Position numbers and translations under genes: made by a program. A stretch of DNA of 64,000 bases from Podarcis cretensis (Eukaryota). The first letter of the stretch is position 1. Each line of letters starts with the position of its first letter. The notes beneath the pieces were generated by a model. It was not told the origin of the DNA. It saw only the letters and a list, made by a program, of their open reading frames with translations, and made no database searches. Positions 61,111 to 64,000 of this stretch are shown here, piece after piece. The stretch spans positions 31,620,001 to 31,684,000 of the forward strand of contig OX638151.1 of assembly GCA_951804945.1 (NCBI GenBank), written 5' to 3'.

Positions 61111-63735
61111 CTAAGAAATGGTAATAACTTTCATTTCCAATGTCTTTGATTTCTTCCTCCTGAGTTTCTTCTTCTTCTTCTTCTGTTTTTTTTTTACTTC
61201 CTTCTTCCTCAGTATTTGGTGAGAAAGTGCATTTAGAAACCATTCCACATCTTGGGGGTCTTCAGGCCACCTCAAGTATTGACCCCTTTGCAAAAACACT
61301 CTGACTGGTTGATACTTCATAAGCTGATATTGCGAAAGTGATCCAGCCACCACCATTATGAGGACATCTTTCAGGTCACAAAAATACCGACTCTGAGCAA
61401 AATTAAAAGCTTCGACGCACCAGCCATCCTTGAGAAACTGCTTTGTCACTACGCAAATTGTTTTCCTACAGTTCCAAATGGCATCACGAATGTTGGTGAT
61501 GTGATCCTCTCCTGGCAAGAAATCTCGCTCTTCAAAGCAGAGAGCAAATTTGTTTTTATCAGAATACTGGATGTCTAGGTGCCTTATCAAGGAGTTCTGG
61601 ACCCACTCAAAATCCTTGCTGCTGTAGCACATGTAGGCATCGTATCTATAGGTCTCTTCCTCCAACGCTGGCTGTTGCTCCTTCAAGAATACTCTTACCA
61701 CGGTCTTATACCAAATGAAGCAGGTTCCTCTAAAGCGAGCAAAAACAATCACCACCGTTAGGAACATTGTCACAGCAACGGTGGTAAAAATGAAGAGCGA
61801 CAACTGCAGAGGCTCCAATATCTTGTCTTCATTGCAATCATCAACATTAAACTCATGAAGGCTTTTGCCAGCAAGATCAGGGGGTCCAAAACAAAACCTT
61901 TCATCTGGTGACCCAGCTAAGGTGACATTGGTTTGGTTCAGCCACACAATTAGGTCACTTAAGAGGCAATTACAGTAAAATCTGTTATAGGTGATATCCA
62001 GATTGTCCAGAGTTGCAAAGAGCTGAGGATCTGGATAAAGCAGCTGGTTCGAGGATAAGTCAAGTTTCCTGAGGCTCACAGGAAAAGCACTGTGAGAAAT
62101 GTAAGTTAAGAGGTTTGAAGCCAAGTTAAGCCTAACCAGTGATACCAGGCCATCAAAGATGCCCTCTGGAAGGAAACTAAGGTAGTTATTATTGAGATGC
62201 AGGACCTGAAGCTTGGACAACGCCTTGAACACATCCAAGCACAAACTTCTCTCCCACACAAGCTTCAACATATTGTCTCCAAGATCCAAGTAGAGCAACT
62301 GGTTGTCTTCTGCTATATTGTTGTACCTGTAGCAGTAGGAGAAGCGATTATTTCTTAACAAAATATACTGGATATCTGGATATTGGAGAAGTTCATAGAG
62401 GTCTCCCAGATTGTCCATCCTGTTTCCTCCCATGTCAACATATGTTGAATTTATAGCCACTATTTTGCTGTGGTCTCCAGACTGTATCCGGTTGCTACCT
62501 AAAAAAGCATAGCTGAGACTTGGGAGTGTTAAGATTACTTTTAGAGCATTGTCACTGAGGTCCACAGTGTGAAGGTTTGGCAAGCCTTTAAATGGAGCCC
62601 TATCAATCACCCCAATATGATTGTGTTGCAGAGCTATAACACGCACATTTAGAAGACCTTCAAAAGTGTAATCCAAGAGTTCTCCCAGCAGATTGTACGA
62701 CAGGTCTAGGTGTTGTAGGTTCCAGAGACCAAAGAATACTTCTTTTTGAATTTTATTTATGTTATTTGAGTTGAGATCCAGCAATTCCAGATCACCAAGA
62801 TATTGAAATACACGTGGGTTAAGAGAAAAGATAAAGCCATGTGAAATATTAAGCAGGCGAAGGCCACTCTGGGCCAGACCTGCAAATGTATTGTTGTTTG
62901 GGTCTGGCATGTTATTAAAGCCAAATGATGAGCCCATGGTGTGAGGCGATATCTTCAAACCCGTAAGTGGTGTTCCCTGAATAGCTGCACAAAATTGCTG
63001 GGTTGTTCTTATACCCCAGCCATTGCTACCAACATCCAGCGTATCGAAGACAATGTTTTTGAAAGGATTGCCACAAGTTGCCCAGTCTTGAGAATCTTCT
63101 TTAAACAAACCATTAGAATTAAGATTCAACAATGTGAAAGCTTTTCCTTGAAAGCTGTAGAGATCTCCCTCACATATGGTTTCAATGCGGTTTAATTTCA
63201 AGTTCAGAAGTGTTAACTTTTGCATGTTGCGCAATGAAGGGTGAGGGTGAAGCCTAGTGATCTTATTGAATGCAAGCTCCAGATATTCCAGAGAGACCAA
63301 ATCTTTAAAGTAATCCTTTTCCAGAATGGATTCGTTAAGATCATTATAGTATAGCAGAAGGTTACTTAACTTCCCCAGCCCCCTGAAAGCCTGTGGATCC
63401 AGCACAATCATTTTATTGTAAGCTAAATCCAGTTGATGAAGATTTGGCAAATTCCTAAAAGCATTTTCTCCTACTGTGACAGGAGAGACCAGCTGGCTTC
63501 CAAGTGAGAGAACCGTCAATGTCTCCAGCAGTGGGAAGGATGTGGCATTCACTTGCTGGATGAAATTGAAATTTAGGGAGAGTAAAACAATGCCTTCAGG
63601 CAGAGGGGGAACCTGTGTGAAGTTGCACCACTCGTAGTTCACAAGCCTGCCTGTGACGGCACACCGAGGATCTGCATTTATTTCTCTGTATGCAAATGTC
63701 AGTCCAATGAGAAATAGTAGGTGACCATGAAGCAT
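61111..63735 (-). CDS. TLR5: Toll-like receptor 5 (membrane form), single-exon CDS, 874 aa
   Basis: Signal peptide, LRR array, TLR5-type loop GSSFGFNNMPDPNNNTF, LRRCT (NRFYCNC...CFGP), TM helix LQLSLFIFTTVAVTMFLTVVIVF, TIR with YDAYMCYS and CFEERDFLPGE, basic tail; adjacent to DISP1 as in other amniotes. Confidence 0.97.
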   Translation of the reverse strand: MLHGHLLFLIGLTFAYREINADPRCAVTGRLVNYEWCNFTQVPPLPEGIVLLSLNFNFIQQVNATSFPLLETLTVLSLGSQLVSPVTVGENAFRNLPNLHQLDLAYNKMIVLDPQAFRGLGKLSNLLLYYNDLNESILEKDYFKDLVSLEYLELAFNKITRLHPHPSLRNMQKLTLLNLKLNRIETICEGDLYSFQGKAFTLLNLNSNGLFKEDSQDWATCGNPFKNIVFDTLDVGSNGWGIRTTQQFCAAIQGTPLTGLKISPHTMGSSFGFNNMPDPNNNTFAGLAQSGLRLLNISHGFIFSLNPRVFQYLGDLELLDLNSNNINKIQKEVFFGLWNLQHLDLSYNLLGELLDYTFEGLLNVRVIALQHNHIGVIDRAPFKGLPNLHTVDLSDNALKVILTLPSLSYAFLGSNRIQSGDHSKIVAINSTYVDMGGNRMDNLGDLYELLQYPDIQYILLRNNRFSYCYRYNNIAEDNQLLYLDLGDNMLKLVWERSLCLDVFKALSKLQVLHLNNNYLSFLPEGIFDGLVSLVRLNLASNLLTYISHSAFPVSLRKLDLSSNQLLYPDPQLFATLDNLDITYNRFYCNCLLSDLIVWLNQTNVTLAGSPDERFCFGPPDLAGKSLHEFNVDDCNEDKILEPLQLSLFIFTTVAVTMFLTVVIVFARFRGTCFIWYKTVVRVFLKEQQPALEEETYRYDAYMCYSSKDFEWVQNSLIRHLDIQYSDKNKFALCFEERDFLPGEDHITNIRDAIWNCRKTICVVTKQFLKDGWCVEAFNFAQSRYFCDLKDVLIMVVAGSLSQYQLMKYQPVRVFLQRGQYLRWPEDPQDVEWFLNALSHQILRKKEVKKKQKKKKKKLRRKKSKTLEMKVITIS

Positions 63736-63770
63736 TGTGCTCTTGTCCTAGAGGAGAGAAAAACAGCATT
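63736..63770 (-). promoter_or_regulatory. TLR5: Splice acceptor of the TLR5 coding exon (exon starts at 63747, 12 nt before ATG)
   Basis: Minus strand reads gctgtttttctctcctctag|gacaagagcacaATG; implies non-coding 5' exon(s) further upstream, probably beyond the window. Confidence 0.8.
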
Positions 63771-64000
63771 GTAATTCACACAGGACTACAGAAGGCTGGG
63801 CTAAACAGCACACAGAGTTTGCTTTACCAGAACTAACCAAAGGCTCTTCTAGCTCAAAAGCCTATTTCCAACAGAGGCCACCCACATGCCCCTGAGCTCA
63901 TTATTTAATTTAAAGGGATTTGTACAGTTCTTGCTCATCAAAGCCCCTGTGCAATTTAAACAGAATAATCAGGGTATAAAGTTTATAGAGCACTCTCTGC

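Overview
Vertebrate genomic DNA, almost certainly a squamate and probably a lacertid lizard (Sauria/Squam1 SINEs with ACCTTT tails, a Squam3B-like SINE with a (CTT)n tail, BovB, CR1, L2 and L1 relics). The window holds the last five coding exons of DISP1 (+ strand, 1015-17355) and the complete single-exon CDS of TLR5 (- strand, 61111-63735). The genes are tail-to-tail as in other amniotes, separated by about 43 kb rich in nested transposable elements. The main anomaly is that the DISP1 ORF stops early at 17355. The next ~680 nt are a frameshifted fossil of the ancestral ~227-codon cytoplasmic C-tail, still ending in ...ESLLIKKTL* on top of polyadenylation signals, while the transporter core and furin site are intact. 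Other points: a possible cryptic intron that would restore the extreme C-terminus, a chain of exon-like segments antisense to the DISP1 3' end, a TLR5 polybasic tail whose -1 frame is polyacidic, a 2.6-kb Buster/Charlie hAT fossil and several multi-level TE nests with readable target-site duplications (TSDs). All homology calls are from recalled sequences, not from database searches.
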